From contig CT868052.1 in the NCBI GenBank assembly GCA_000165425.1, positions 310,001 to 374,000 of the forward strand: DNA of 64,000 nt, written 5' to 3'. The DNA comes from Paramecium tetraurelia (taxonomy: Eukaryota). Of the stretch, positions 39,341-53,660 are shown piece after piece; within the stretch, counting starts at the first letter, position 1, and each line of letters begins with the position of its first letter. The notes below the pieces were generated by a model. That model ran no database searches and was not told where the DNA came from. It saw only the letters and a list, made by a program, of their open reading frames with translations. The translations under genes were made by a program, and so were the position numbers.

Positions 39341-41280
39341 TCAATCAAGTAATCTGCTTTAAGTTACAATCATCCTTATCATCGTTGTATTTTCAACTAG
39401 ATTCATGTGAGCAGTTCGACCAATGAAATTATCCCAATTCTTATCATTCTCTGTATATATGAAATTCACTTCAACCCTTGTGCATTCAGGCAATTTAATG
39501 TTGTCAAGCATGGTTTAATAGATCTGCTGTTTATCTTGCGGAACTCTGGTGGATTTCTCGAGTCTGGCAACCTCAAAGGGAACAAAGTCATCCTGTGTCG
39601 AGCTGACCAGGATCACTTTTTGGAACCACTCTAAACTTTGGACTGTCGATAGATAATAGAGATAAGAATTCTAAGGCACTGAGGCATCTTACATTTGTAA
39701 TTCAGCCATACTTTAACTGGATGAGAAATTGGTCATGAACCACAATCCAGTTTTGACCAAACTATTTTATTTTACAAATAACCCTACATGAGGGGATCCA
39801 AGACTTACATAAAATCTCATCTTGTTTTAATGCATACTTAAATTACAAAGAGCTGATCGTGCTACTACTCCTCCTAAGGAATGGCATATAAATGATAATT
39901 CATCTATTCCATCCATCAATTAGATTTAGGCTTGGATTTCGATGCTTAATTTGTGACCCATCACTCTAATTGATTCTTCTCCTTCTCTTTGGTTGCAACT
40001 GGACAACAGTGTGAAGCATTTCGGATAATAGATTTTGATAATGTTCCTCCATCTCCTCATATCAAAGGGAGAGCCCTTATATCCATGGACAAACACAATC
40101 AGATGTTTGCTTTCTGCCTTCTTTTAATTTAGTTAGTATTGCTTCACTTCATTTTGCGAGTATTTCAGTAGAATTGGCAGATTGTCCAATATTTCTGTAG
40201 ATGTAATGGGTAGAATGGGCAATATTCTTTGGTCTAGTTGTCTCAAGGAAATGATTAGGTTGTTGTTCTTCAAGGTTTTGTCGAATTATGGGAAATCGGT
40301 AATTTTAATGACGAATTCTTCATAAAGATCTTGGAGTTCCGAAATATACTTAAATTTCAATTTCTTCATTAGTTTAGCATACACCTTTGATACTACGTCG
40401 ATGTAGACATACCAAAGCATATACAATTGTAAACTGATTGAATTGATTTGACGTTCTAGGTCTTCGCTGTTATATTCCACTTCTCCCAAACAGGCCAATT
40501 GGGACTAAAATTAATTCTCTTTTAAAATACTAAATAATGTGCAAATTTTGTTGGCTCCGTTATAAATTCGGCAATGGTCTCTTTGTATTACTGAATAAAC
40601 TGCTTGAATATCGATTCCAGGTAATCAAAGGTTTTCTATTACAATAGTTCGTATTGGCCCTTTCTTTTGTATTTTTGAATGTAGTCAATCATTGTTAATC
40701 CCTCCTTTCGCTACTAATACTTTAGGTCTATTAATCACTTAATCATACTCAAAGGCAGTGAGAACACAAAGCAATTTATCACGCAGGCAGTGTTGGGATC
40801 AAAGGTGATAGGCAAATAATTGTGATTGATCTGTTTTAGAGAATGAATGACGTAGGTCTGGGAAGTGAGTTTGTTCAAGGGCAATGCTTCTTGATCTGGG
40901 AATGTTTCAGCAGATTTACTGTCCAGAAATAATAAATCAACTTGCAATTCTACAGAGTTTAATTATGCAAATGTATTTTGTTCTATTCTAAATATGCATC
41001 CTTCGCACAAATTAATCTAAATTCTAATCATTTATACCTCCTCATCTTCATATCTAATAGCGAAAGAACTTGATAGGTAGTATTGATCTCGGATGTCTTA
41101 TCCAACCAATCTTTGATCCCTTTGTTTCTTCTATTTGGTTATCCCCAATTAATCCAAAGTCAAATATGGCAAATGCTTGGGTATTGATATTTAGATCCTG
41201 TAGATTCCTTATTAAAATAGATCAACATTTCGAAAATTTCGAATAAACACTAACAATTCAATTTATGTTATGAAACTCAT
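39341..41280 (-). CDS. FAM135: FAM135-like protein with DUF676 alpha/beta-hydrolase domain
   Basis: FRNVDLFQQGIYRI N-terminus; HLIVFVHGYKG, SFICHSLGG, SLGSPHVG, FIGRTAH. Confidence 0.9.
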
Positions 41281-41346
41281 AAATTTAATATAATCTTTTT
41301 ATCTACATTAACTTCTATTTTATAACCTAATTCATAAACTCAACTT

Positions 41347-42806
41347 ATGGATCACACCACAATTACTAACATTCTCAATAGCTATGGGTACACTCATATA
41401 TTTATAGCCAAGCTTTAAAGGTCCAGAACCACAATATAAAACCATTAATTATTCGATAGTCCCCAAAAATCAAAGTTTGGAAGATCATATAGAAAAACCA
41501 CAACTTGAAATCCTCCAGCAATTGAATGAGGAGAAGAAATGCCGAGATCTTGTTGAAATCCATGGCATCACCTTGGAAAAAACTAAATAATTTTATGCTG
41601 ATAAAATCAAGGAATACAACGATATCATCGATTTAAAGCATATCAAAAATAAAAGAAACCAATCCCAATCAGTTGAAAAATCTCACAATCAAACATTTAT
41701 TCGGTTTGCAGGAGACGAAGGTAAAATCACTAATTTTCACATATCCATCAATTCGAAGAATCTCATCCCACTTTTGAATGAAATCAACAGGAGGGCTAAT
41801 AATGAATAGACCATAGACAATCCACTTAGTTACAGGAGATCAACGAGAAATAATCAAAATAACACATTGAAAACCTCAAACAATTACACCAATATCAAGT
41901 ATACTCTACAGACAATCAGACCTAAATAACCATAGAATATCACTCAAAGATTGGAATAAAAATTAATTAACTTTGATCGCTTAAACTAAAGTTAGATTAG
42001 CCCAATGAATCAAGTGAACTTTAATGAAGATCTATCCATTGATGTGATTAAGAAGAGAAAATCATTTTCAATCGACCTTAAATTCAAAAGAAGGAACTCT
42101 GAAAAAAAGAAAACAAACACCTACTCCAAATAGCAAAAATAGGACATTCCTAAAGTAGTTATATAATGATTTTAAGGTAGATTTATCATAACTGATTTCG
42201 GATTCCTTTAGATAAAACATATCAAGTTCTTGTTAATATGAGGATGATCAAGCCGAAATTACACAAAGAGACTCCCAATTTAATAATAACAATTTAGAAT
42301 TGACTCAGATCCAATACCCACCTCTGGAGACTAAAATTGAGTAACTTAATTAGAGTTCATTTGATTAAACTGAAAAAGAGCAACTACCAGATATTTATAA
42401 AGACATAAGTAAATATTAATTGTTCATTCAAATAGATGTTAATTAATATTTTGATTTTGAACAGAGACAAAAAGTGCTCAAAAGAAGGAAGGAAGTTGTA
42501 CATGAGATATTAAACAAACAGAAACCTAAATTCTTACATATTTGTGGATCCAAATTTCCAGTTATTAATAGTGAATAAAATTGGAACAACTACAACAACC
42601 TGAGAATTAGGATAACAGAAAGGGAACTCTAATAGAAAGTGCATCAATTGAGAAATACAAAAGAATAATATTAAGATTTTGAGAACCTAACTATGTTGTC
42701 TGGACCACCTATAACTACCAGTTATGTTACCAATAATCTAAAATCAGATTATTAGGATGTCAAAGTTACTAAGATTATGAAATAGCTAAATACTTTTAAA
42801 TAGTGA
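41347..42806 (+). CDS. Hypothetical protein
   Basis: Code-6 frame joined by 20-25 nt introns (e.g. near 42155); could be two genes if that intron is not spliced. Confidence 0.55.
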
Positions 42807-42936
42807 ATTAGCTCCTTTGCTTTGAATGTGAAATATTTATTATATATTATAAAGTTAATATCAATCTCAAATGTAAAATAAAAATAAGAGATCAATTACC
42901 TATGATTTAATCGAAAACAATAATTAAGATCATGCC

Positions 42937-43942
42937 ATGTTTTATAAAGGAGGTCTTATGAAAAACAAAAAACCATACAAGTTGAAGCTTGAACTGAAAC
43001 CACTCAAAGACGAAATCTCCTCAACGTAATTCGGAGAGATAGTGGAAAATGAAGATTTCAAAAAAATAGATGAACTAGACAGAGATTCCAAAAAAAAATA
43101 CTAAACTAATAATAAGACTTCATTAAAACTACCGATCATTTATAAAAATAGATCAAAATCCTCTCAAGTTTAAACCTATTTATAACCATACTCAAATTCA
43201 GATGCTGAAATTATGGACAATAGTAAGTAAGACAAAATATGTAATATATTTATGTATAAGTTAGCCATGAGACCGATATTCAAATCTATCAATCAAATCT
43301 TAAGTAAACATCAATAAAAGACTAATTAGCCTAAAAATAATACTGAATTTGAAAACGATAAAATCTCAAATGATCAAAGCATCTTAAAGTAATTTTCTTT
43401 AGTATTAAGACTCTCGCAGTTTTTAAGTCAAAATTAAAACGATAACATTAACATAGGAAAATACGTTTAAGAGAAAATAGAGCAAAAGAGAATTAATAAT
43501 TTTCGATAATTATATAAAAATGCTGTTAAGTATTAAAGCGACGAAGGTAAACTCATTTATATAAATTAATTAATTAGAAGAAAATGGTTGTATTCTCTCC
43601 AGCAAAGAATTATAATAAGTAGAACATATCAAAAACAGAAGAAAAGTCATTCTAAAAATGGCTCAAAGAAAATCTCCAAAGTTTCTCTACCCCTTAGGCC
43701 CCAAAATAAGGGTTCCTAATTTTTCTTTAGAAAACCAATATTTCTAGATTCAATAAAACTTAACTAGCAGAGCTTAAGGAGGATAATTATCTCCAAAAAA
43801 GAAAAAAACCTACAATTTCGAGGATGACATTTCTATCCAGAAATTAGATAGTCCACCTAAAGATAAATGCTTTCCTACTTCCTCAATGTAAGAAGATTAC
43901 CTAAATATTAAGATTTAATAAATTGTTAAGTCTTTTCTATGA
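42937..43942 (+). CDS. Hypothetical basic/Gln-rich protein
   Basis: MFYKGGLMKNKKPYKLKLEL...; tiny introns; TGA 43940-43942. Confidence 0.6.
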
Positions 43943-44163
43943 TTTTAATTTTATTTTAAGTAATTTAATTAATATTCTAAATGGAGTGAGGTTATCAAAT
44001 GAAATTTTCAAACAGTACATTATTCAGTTCTAGTGAAATTGATGGTTAATATCGATTTACTAATCTAATATTTTTGATTAAGAAAATAGTGAGTAAAATT
44101 ATTTGTAATTATTATAACATAATTTTATCCAATATATAAAACACATTAATAAATAAATAAAGA

Positions 44164-46469
44164 TCAAATTTAGTCATTTTCCCATCTTCTAGCAAACATT
44201 ATAGGATCATTATTCTATTTTTGATTTTCTAACAGTATTTCTTAGATAACCTGGAAATCTTTCTGTAATTTAACTATATTTATTTTTTATAAATAATGCA
44301 ATAACAATTAAGAGAAACTAACTCTAAATTCAGATAAATCTTTATTGAAAAATTATTCAAATTATTTATCAGGAGTGATATAAAATACAGTTTCTACTTT
44401 TGAATAAAATGATAAAAAGTTATCGATCCAGCCTTATATAATGCCTTGTTTATTTGATGGACAATACTTTTAAACATAAGTTGCCTTGATTCCTAAAAGC
44501 TTTCTGATTAAAAAATAGCATTTTTATTTGTCTTCTGTATTAATACAATCAAACTATTTAAGGACACTATTTAAATACAATAAAAATTTGTAAGTAGGCC
44601 TTATTGATGCAGAAAGAAATTCTTCCTTATCATCTTAGATATTAGAATTAAAATCACTTGTGAATTTATCAGTAATAACATTTTATTTAGATTTGGTTTA
44701 GGATGCAAATTGCCTAAATTAAGAGGTTGTATTAGTTTAGAAATAGCAATTTTGTTTATTCTCCTAAGGGTTCTTTTATAAGCTCAATCCAGATGATTTT
44801 AAAGCTGGAGTCATGATATTTTATTGAGATTATACAACCCTAACAGGAGACTTCTTTTGTTAAATAGAATTGCTATTTTAAACTGAGTAAGATTACTTTT
44901 ATAAACTTTAGGAAATATCTATGATTTTTTGTTTTTCTTACAAAATCTAATGGCAGTTTGAAAATTAATGATTATTTATAGTGTCATTGGTACTATTTTC
45001 TTCTCCAGATAAGCCATGGGTGTTGCTATTATTATCAAAATTTTATGTTGTTATAGGTATCTTAATGGCAGTTATTTTTTCTTATTCTTTTTGTGAGGTT
45101 TATTTGAGTTATTACTCCGGGATTAATTCTTGATTTTTGCTTTGCATGTCAATTAATTCAAGTGATTTTTAGTTTTTAAGTCTAGATTCAAGAGTAAAAT
45201 TAGTGAATTTAATCGACGATTATTATTAAGGCTTAGGGATTGCTTCAATTTTTTATGTGTAAGACTCTTTTATTGGTTACTCTATTAATAAATTTGAGTT
45301 AATTTAATTGATTTAAAGAGTCAAATCATAAGGTTTCTCTTCCAAATCAGTATGACTTTTTTTAGCATCTATAAGTTAAGCAACTTAATTTATTTTAATA
45401 ACTTTTTTAGAATCTAAATTTTATAATCCTATTATCTCATGTGATTTAAAATTTAAATGTTCCTTAAGCTAATTTTCACTGATACCTCCTGCATTATTTG
45501 AGAGTGATTAATTATTTAGTAACTAATCTTCTAATTATGATCTAGACTATTATAGATCTTGAGAAATATAACTGGTTTTAATAGATCTATATGGAATGCT
45601 TTGATGTGAAAGAGTTTAGATTTTCTTAGGTTGAATTGACAAGTTGGCAATGATTTCATTAATGGACATTCGCTTTTCTGGATCAATATTCAACATATTT
45701 AGCATTAGTTCTTTAGTTTTAGGAGTAGTTATTGTATCATTTTTGATTTTGTTGATGAGAAATGAGTGCTTCTTACTTAATTCGTTTTCCTATTTAGAAA
45801 ACAAAGGGAGTTCTCGATATATCATCTAAAATAAAACTATTCCTAAAGACCAAATATCTGATTTTTCTGAGTAAACATTATTTTGCGCAGTTTCAGGAGC
45901 CATGTACATGGGGGTGCCTACATTAAACTTCTTTATGATGCTCTCATATTGGTTCTCGATAACTGCAAAGCCAAAGTCAGCTAGTTTGTATGATCCATTA
46001 GATTTTAATATATTGGCTGGTTTGATATCTCTATGTATTATTTCTATTAATTTACCATAAAGGTGTTACTTTTATCATGTAATGCTTTAATTCCCTAAGC
46101 AATTTATTAGAACACTTCTAGGGTTTATGTTTCTGTGAATTATGTGGAGTCTAAAATTTCAGCCAAATCCCGTTCGTTACAATATTCACAGATCAAATAT
46201 CTATTATTTTTAGTTTCAAATGTATCATAAATTTTCATTAAATTTGGATGATCTATTAAACTCAATACTTGAATTTCATTTTTTAGCAAACTTTTGGAAA
46301 TTTGAGTAGTTAGTTATTGAATACTTATTACCTTAATTGCTACTACTTAATTAGTTTTTGTGTTAACTCCTTTATATACTTTCGATGAGTATCCGGAACC
46401 TATTAAATCATTATTCTCATAAGTATAATTAGATATAGTTTTCCTGATATTTTAAGAATTATTATTCAT
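44164..46469 (-). CDS. Ser/Thr protein kinase (ULK/CAMK-like N-terminal kinase, long C-terminal region)
   Basis: IGSGYSSKVYKG, VAIK, HRDIKPAN, ADFGFA, VGTPMYMAPE, KSDIWSLG. Confidence 0.92.
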
Positions 46470-46503
46470 TTATTTTAATATCAAATATTTTAGACTTTCA
46501 AAT

Positions 46504-47503
46504 TCATTTCAAATCAAATTTAGGATTCCAACATTAAAGATTAATTCTCACTTCTTTTCCAAACAATAATTTGAAATATATATAGAAATTATAATATTAT
46601 TTGAAATCTTTATGTCTAGTCATTTTTAGGTATCCAAAAACACATAATTCTATATCATTTTTATATCCTTTTCTAGTTAACCAATTCCTTTTTCACATTG
46701 TCCTTATCTTTTGGATAAGAATTTTTAGTAATACTTTATCATCTAAACCACAATGTCAATCATTTTGATATGAGTTATAGATTCATATTCTTTTGTAAAA
46801 GATCTCCACATGTTTTTAATCTCTTTTCTGATCATTCTACTTCCTCTTGACACATCACATATTGTTATGTTTTAATCTCACCCATCTCATTAATATGCAT
46901 ATTTCTAATTATTTCGTATCCTCATATTAGTTAATTTGTTAAATAATCTGGATCTATTCAACTCTCCATATCTATGTTCTTCACTTAATTATTTGTGCTG
47001 ATAAAATATTTTCAACCATAATTTGTTATTATATAATTTTGTATGATTTTAAACTAAATATGAACTTTCATTTTTCTTGGGAACAGAAGATTGTAAGGAG
47101 GTTGGACCTTTAAATTATTAAACTAAATATTCATAAATACTACCTAAAAGTATATTATATAAATGTCATAGCTTCTGCATGTTTTACTTTAAATATATTA
47201 GTTTTTGATATGAAACAAAGGAATAGCAAGACTTTATGAACTTTGATCCTCCTGATGAGTTTGATTATCTTACTCGTGATTGAGGTTCTTTGACTATGAA
47301 CCTTCTCTATTAAAAATTCTTAAATTTTGTCTACTTATTGTATGGTAATTAATTGTGCTAGAAGGAGCAGAGAGATTTGAGGAGTAAGCAGATCTATAGA
47401 GTATTTCTTTTGGAGTAGCAATATATTCTTTAAGAATTAAAATTGTATATATCTACTCCTGCTAGTAAATTATATAAATTATAAAAATAATATTTATTTA
47501 CAT
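46504..47503 (-). other. Possible hypothetical gene or decayed gene
   Basis: Several 50-110 codon code-6 open stretches in different frames that I could not join with canonical introns. Confidence 0.3.
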
Positions 47504-47631
47504 AGTTAAAAAGTTGGGTATTTTTAAATTTAATTCTACCCAGCTAAATTCTGAATAAAAATTAAATGAAGATTGATACTTATATCAATAATTTCATTTG
47601 AATTTACTCATTAATATAAATTAAATTTAAA

Positions 47632-49271
47632 ATGGAATGGTTTTTGATAATTGTAACGATAGTGATGGCACTATTGTTATTATTTGTGAACTTCTACTTA
47701 CTAGTTTTATATTGTCATCGTATTTTAATGAAATCTATAAAATATAGCCGATGATAGTGGTTGGGGTTCATCATTAGTATGCAAAGTATTTGTGATTATT
47801 GGAATGACATTGACTTGGGCTTAGGTGTTGATGTTGCCATTGGATGCAGCAAATTCAAGGTAAAGAGTTTAACAAATTGAATTAGAGGACTTGGAGAAGG
47901 CTTGGATATGGATTTCTTTTGGAAGTTCATTTACATGTTGATTTTGATATTTGGAACCCTTTTTATCCCTTTCGCTCAATACTATTACGAATCAGATGAT
48001 GAGAAGTCTGTAGGCTAACGATGCTGTGCAGCTCTCTATTAACAATTATGTTTTGTGATAATAGTAGCACTTTTGCTATTTATTTCCTATGCATTTTTAC
48101 GATTTGCTGATATCCCAGTCTACATTTCAGTGAAATCCTGTGCATAGCCAACCCTCTTCTTGGATTCTGAAACCCCATTTACAGGCGTAGCAAACTCTTT
48201 GCAGGAGGATTCGGCTGACACTTTGGAATATGAAGTCAGTTTCCCTGTTTATGTGATGGCATTTATGTCTTTGTTTGGTTATTGCTTGTTCGTGCTTTTT
48301 GGGGGAGTTGGTTTAACAGCCTTGCCAGTCGATTTGATATAAGAATTTATAAATAGGCCAAAAAAATTGACAACTGCTGAGGGAAATTAGAAGAAAAGCA
48401 GTCTAAAAAGGAAAGCCTATGAATTGATTGAAGAGGGCAACAAAATTAAAGATTATTAAAAAGAGGCAGTTAATTAAGATGGATGGTGGGCCAGATATAG
48501 AGAGAAAAGAAGAGTGCGGACTCAATTTACAAGATATAAGAATGCAGTTCTATGTTTAGATAGAGATAATGAAATTTTCAAGATGGAACTCAAATATTTT
48601 GATACGAATCCGGTAGTTTGGTATTTTAAATTTGTGATTGGAGTGATATTCTGCGTTATTTCTTTCATTTGGTGGTTGCACATGTATATTATTAATTCAT
48701 ATGATTAGATTATTGTTTATAGTAATAAGAGATTCAGATGGGATATCAGCAAGTCCATTTCTGAATAAAATATTGATTGGCTTAGAAGATGGAAATGCTG
48801 GGTTTTTATGTGTCGGTATATTTGGATTCCTTTGCATATATTTATTGTGGTGCACTCAGAAGGGCAACATTAAATTTGGTCTCAGGATTCCTTTTCTATT
48901 CTCCTTGCATATAATGAAGTATGATGTTTTTGATTATCGTAGAGTGAATGAGACTTGGATGAATACTTTTCTATTTAATGTCCAACTTATGTTAATCTGT
49001 TCGGTGGCTGTTACTTAGTTTTGCACCAAAGCGTTTTCCCAGTACATTAGACTGAGCACTCTCAATAGTAAATATTTGTTTTATAGTAGTGTTGTTTAGT
49101 ACTCAAATTCAATACCTACGTTTCTTTACTTATTTATATTCTAACAATGTCTTTGAAATTATCTTACTGGTCTGGTCAGTTTTAACAATGATATATTTGC
49201 TTATCAGAAGATCAGACAAACCTAAAATGCTTAAGGAAATCGAAGAAATGTAAAAACAAGAGTTCAAATGA
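47632..49271 (+). CDS. LMBR1/LIMR-family multi-pass membrane protein
   Basis: YCH|PDD, MLPLDAANS, IPFAQYYYESD, FGGVGLTALPVDLI, ETWMNTFLFNV; 28-nt intron 47720-47747. Confidence 0.92.
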
Positions 49272-49289
49272 ATTTAATAATAATTATTA

Positions 49290-51225
49290 ATGTTTTTACT
49301 TATATTTATTTCAAAAGTATTTGGATCATGCATTTCTAGCATTGGAAATTTAATGGCAGACACCCTGACCGATCCAAAACTTGAATTAATTAAATTGGCA
49401 CCCTACATCTATTTCAGTGGCAAAGGGTATGCATTTTCATTTATTTTTAGGATCAACGATTTTGGATTCTATGAAGACTGTACAAATTAATACTAATATG
49501 CGGTCATACAATTCTTTGTTCCTACAACTCCAGCCTCTGTCAACATTGGAATTTGCTTTACTAAATAATGTTCCATCTCAGACATCAATTCCTCAATTTA
49601 AACACTGAAAAAATGGATCCTGCCAATCGCCTAAGATATATCATAGGTCTTGATTTGAAGTTATATTTCAGGTTGATCTAACCGAGTATGAACTCAAATT
49701 TCTGGATTCACAAGTCACTCCTTAGCCTTAATTTGCTACCTATATACTTATATCATGTTTGATAGGATTCCTTATGTTATAAGTATACTTCACATATTTT
49801 CATAAAAAAGACATGGAGGTTCCTCAATAGCAACTCTAATAAGAGTATGAATAAAGAGATATCTAAGAAGTGAGCACTTATTTCGATGAAGAATAATAAT
49901 TAATAAATCATGCTAATAAAACTAAATAAAATAGGAAAGGAATACAATTAAACGAATTTTATGAACTTTATCTAAATTTGGACTTAAAAGACAATTATCA
50001 AGAATGTTGTAAACCATAAGAGTCTAGATACTCATCATTAAATGGAATTCGTGTCTTAGGATTTCTTATGTGTGTTTTTGGAAACACAGGAATCTCAATG
50101 CTTTTACAATGTGATTTTTATTAAGTTTAACATTACAGCAAACATTACATCTTGTTGATAGTCTTTGGATGCATCTATTCTGTGGAAATATTTTTGTGGC
50201 TTTCTGGATTTTTCGCTGTACTTTCACTCGTTAAATTGAATTGTCTCTATTCCTTACTTTTGAGAATATGCAAAATTTGGCCATTGATGGTCCTGATCAT
50301 TCTGATTAATACACAAATAATCCCATACTTAGGAGAAGGTCCAAGATGGTTTTATATTGAGAGATATACCAAATGTGGCAAATGGTGGTAAAACATCTTA
50401 TTTATTAACAATTTCGATGATGAAAATTATTGTACGCTTTGGTTATGGCAATTATCACTGGATGTTCAGTTGACAATCTTATGTGCCATAATCATAATAT
50501 TGTATAAACGAAACAAAATGGCAGCAATAATATTGACAAGCATTCTTCTTTTAGTTTCACAATCTTATGTCATATACACATGTTTACAAAAAGAATATGG
50601 CATCCCCTACTTTGCTGTATTCACCACTGATATCTATAAGGCATTTTACTATAGACCTTGGTTTAGAGCACCACCTTATTTTGTAGGTATGCTAACAGCC
50701 TTTTTTGTGATCAATTTCAAAAGAAAATTGAAGCTTTGGTTTTAAAATACAATCCAAATTCTTGGTTTTTTGATAATCCTCTATTTAACAGTAGGTTGGT
50801 ATGATGCTATGTAATTTGGTGAAGATTTCTATCCTAAATTGTATGCACAAATTTATGAAGGAGTAATGAGAACTATCTATGCCATAGGAATCACTCTATT
50901 TGTATTGCCAAACCTATTAGGAAATAATAATATAATCTATTAATTATTAAATTACACTCCAATCAAATATGTTGTGAAATTTACCTTTGTTGGATATCTA
51001 TTACATATGTTGGTAGTTGAGGTTGTTATAGCATCATTTTACCGAAGTTTGGATTTCAATATCTAGAGTATTGGACAAGTCTATGTGGGGTGCGTTTTAA
51101 TTATTTCTGGTTTTAGTTTTATATTCAGATGGTTAATCGAATTACCAATTTAAATAAAACATTCAGTTAAAGAAAAGTCTTAATCTAAATTATATGTGTA
51201 GAAAAAGAATGTTGATTTGATTTGA
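49290..51225 (+). CDS. Acyltransferase-3 / NRF-6-like membrane protein
   Basis: SLNGIRVL, SVEIFLWLSGF, LGEGPRW, WWQNILFINNF, WLWQLSLDVQL, YYRPWFRAPPYFVG, IELP. Confidence 0.88.
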
Positions 51226-51322
51226 TCCAATTTCATTGTTATAATATTTTGTATAGAATTTACAATTAATAATTTTATATAGTATTTTCATTTACGAAAT
51301 AGCTATCCCACTTTATATTATC

Positions 51323-52214
51323 ATGTTCAAAGCAATTCTGAAGACTGTTAAACAAGAAAAGACTAAATCTTCTTTGTCTGAATAGTAGGATATTGCCCAG
51401 ATACCAAAAATTGAGGAGAAATAGTGTTAAACCAATTTCAATAGATAAATTTTAGAGTATTTGCCCTATCAAGTACCCAATTCAATTGAAGCAATATTCT
51501 ATATCAAAGAAATTCTCACTCTGCAATAATAAGAATATTTGATGAACGAAATTTATAATCAGCCTAAGAGATGGGTTGACTTACTTCATTCAAATAGAAG
51601 AGTATAGAAATATGGCGGAGATGTTAAAGATGAAGGTCTTATCAATGTAGAACTATTGCCAGACTTTTTATCTTAATTATCAGTATAGATTGATTTTAGA
51701 TTATTAGAATTTATGCTTTTTAGATGATAATACTCTAAAAATTAATCATGCCCTCATTAATGAATATGCTCCAGGCATTGGTATCCATCCTCATTTCGAT
51801 GGACCTTTATACCATAACTTTGTTAATATCTTTAGTATCAATAGCACTTGCATTTTTAAATTTAAAAAAGAAGATCAATCATTGAAACTTTTTGTAGAAC
51901 CAGGCAGTCTATTAATTTTTACTAAGCAAGCATACACAGAATGGCTTCATGGAATCAATTATCACCACGATGATACAATTTTAATGAATATCAAATACAA
52001 TTAAGTCTGTAATACAGATTTAATTAATTTCCCTCAAACCTCGCTATATCAAAACTTATAAAAAGTTGATAATGTTATTGAATATTTGAATAGTTAGCCC
52101 AATTATGAACTATGTCAAATTCAAAATGATAATTAATTCACTCATTCTTTGATTATAAGAAGATTGCTCAGAGTATCAATTACTTTAAGACATGTACCTT
52201 ATAAAAGGATATGA
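51323..52214 (+). CDS. ALKBH6: 2OG-Fe(II) dioxygenase, ALKBH6-like
   Basis: NHALINEYAPGIGIHPHFDGPLY, EPGSLL, WLHGI, RVSITLRHVP; 25-nt intron 51683-51707 restores the frame. Confidence 0.92.
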
Positions 52215-53033
52215 GTAAAATTAATGTTTTATTTCATTTAAATATAAGATAAATATTTATCGATGAATCATTTCTTATTATTTTTATATTATTACTAATT
52301 TTAATTTATTCTACTTCTTGTAGAATTTAGATTTGATTTCTTTGACTTCAGAGTTCATATTTCAAATACTGTGTTTTAAACCTCATAAGCTTTCTTTCTA
52401 AAATATGTAATAATCTTTGCAACTTTTCAATAAAAATTTAACATTATATTTTTCAAAGGTGCAAACTTGAGTCCATCTTATAATAATAGTGACATGAAAT
52501 TATTAAATATCACTCATACATCTAAGGGTTGTTTTCAATAAAATTAATAATAATAAGAAGATAAATATGTATTTATAATATAAATTCAATTAAAATGAGA
52601 CATCAATTGAAAATTATTAGTTTTATAATATTCCTTAGACTTTTGAGGTTTAATTCAAGAAATTTGAGAATGTTTCTACTATATTTATTGATAATATTCT
52701 AAGTTCTATTAATTAAATTATCAACCTAAGCAATATTAAAAGTAATTAATATTCAAAATCTGAATGATCATTTATGCCTATTATTAATACATTACTAATT
52801 ATATGAATATTTCAGACAATAGGCTTCAATTTTTGATTTTCAAAAAATGTTTATAGTTTATTATTAATTATTATCTAAAATAGATTATAATAGGTAACTT
52901 ATTAGAAATACTTAAGATAGCAACAAAAGAAGAGTCTAATTTTGATTAATACAAATTTAGAGAGATATTAATTTTATAAATAATTATTTTTTCTTCGTTA
53001 CAAAACTTATTTTTTATCAATAAAATTATTTAA

Positions 53034-53660
53034 TCAGTAATACCATCCTCCTTATCTGTATTAAGATGGTCCTTATTGCATTTAAGAGTAAGGGTATCTG
53101 GGATCCACTTAGTAGTCATCAAATCTTTAATCATACAAAGGAGGTGGGAACTACCTAAGATTGTATATAATTTATTTTACGTATTATATTGAGGCATAGT
53201 CTGAGCACTTGGTTATGGTTTGAATTATGCTGGTTGCTAAGTTTGGTTAAAGGAATAGATTAAGACATGCCAACCATTTGACTTATATTTTCAATAGTAA
53301 TTACTTTGAATTCCAATACTTTGTCATCATTATTATAGTAACTGTATTGAGCATTCAACCCATTTTTATGTTCCCACATAAATACAAACCAATAAGGTCC
53401 ATACTTGCCATCTAACCTGTGCTTCACAAAATCTGCTGGATTCTTGTATTCCTGTTATGTTCTACAACTTTTATAAAATTCCAGAATGTCAATTCTCAAA
53501 GCCTCATGAATCCCATAACCTTGTTTGATAATCTAACTTATTTATGTTTGAGTACTTCTAAGTTGTCATTATCATCTTCATCAAAGCTTTTAGCTTTTTT
53601 AATACGAGGTTGCGGTTGAGCTTAATATTCTTATTGATAATATTGTGCTTGTTGATTCAT
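53034..53660 (-). CDS. Protein with divergent dynein light chain LC8-like segment and Gln/Pro/Tyr-rich termini
   Basis: ADFVKHRLDGKYGPYWFVF resembles the LC8 motif A..IKK.FD..Y.P.W. Confidence 0.6.
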
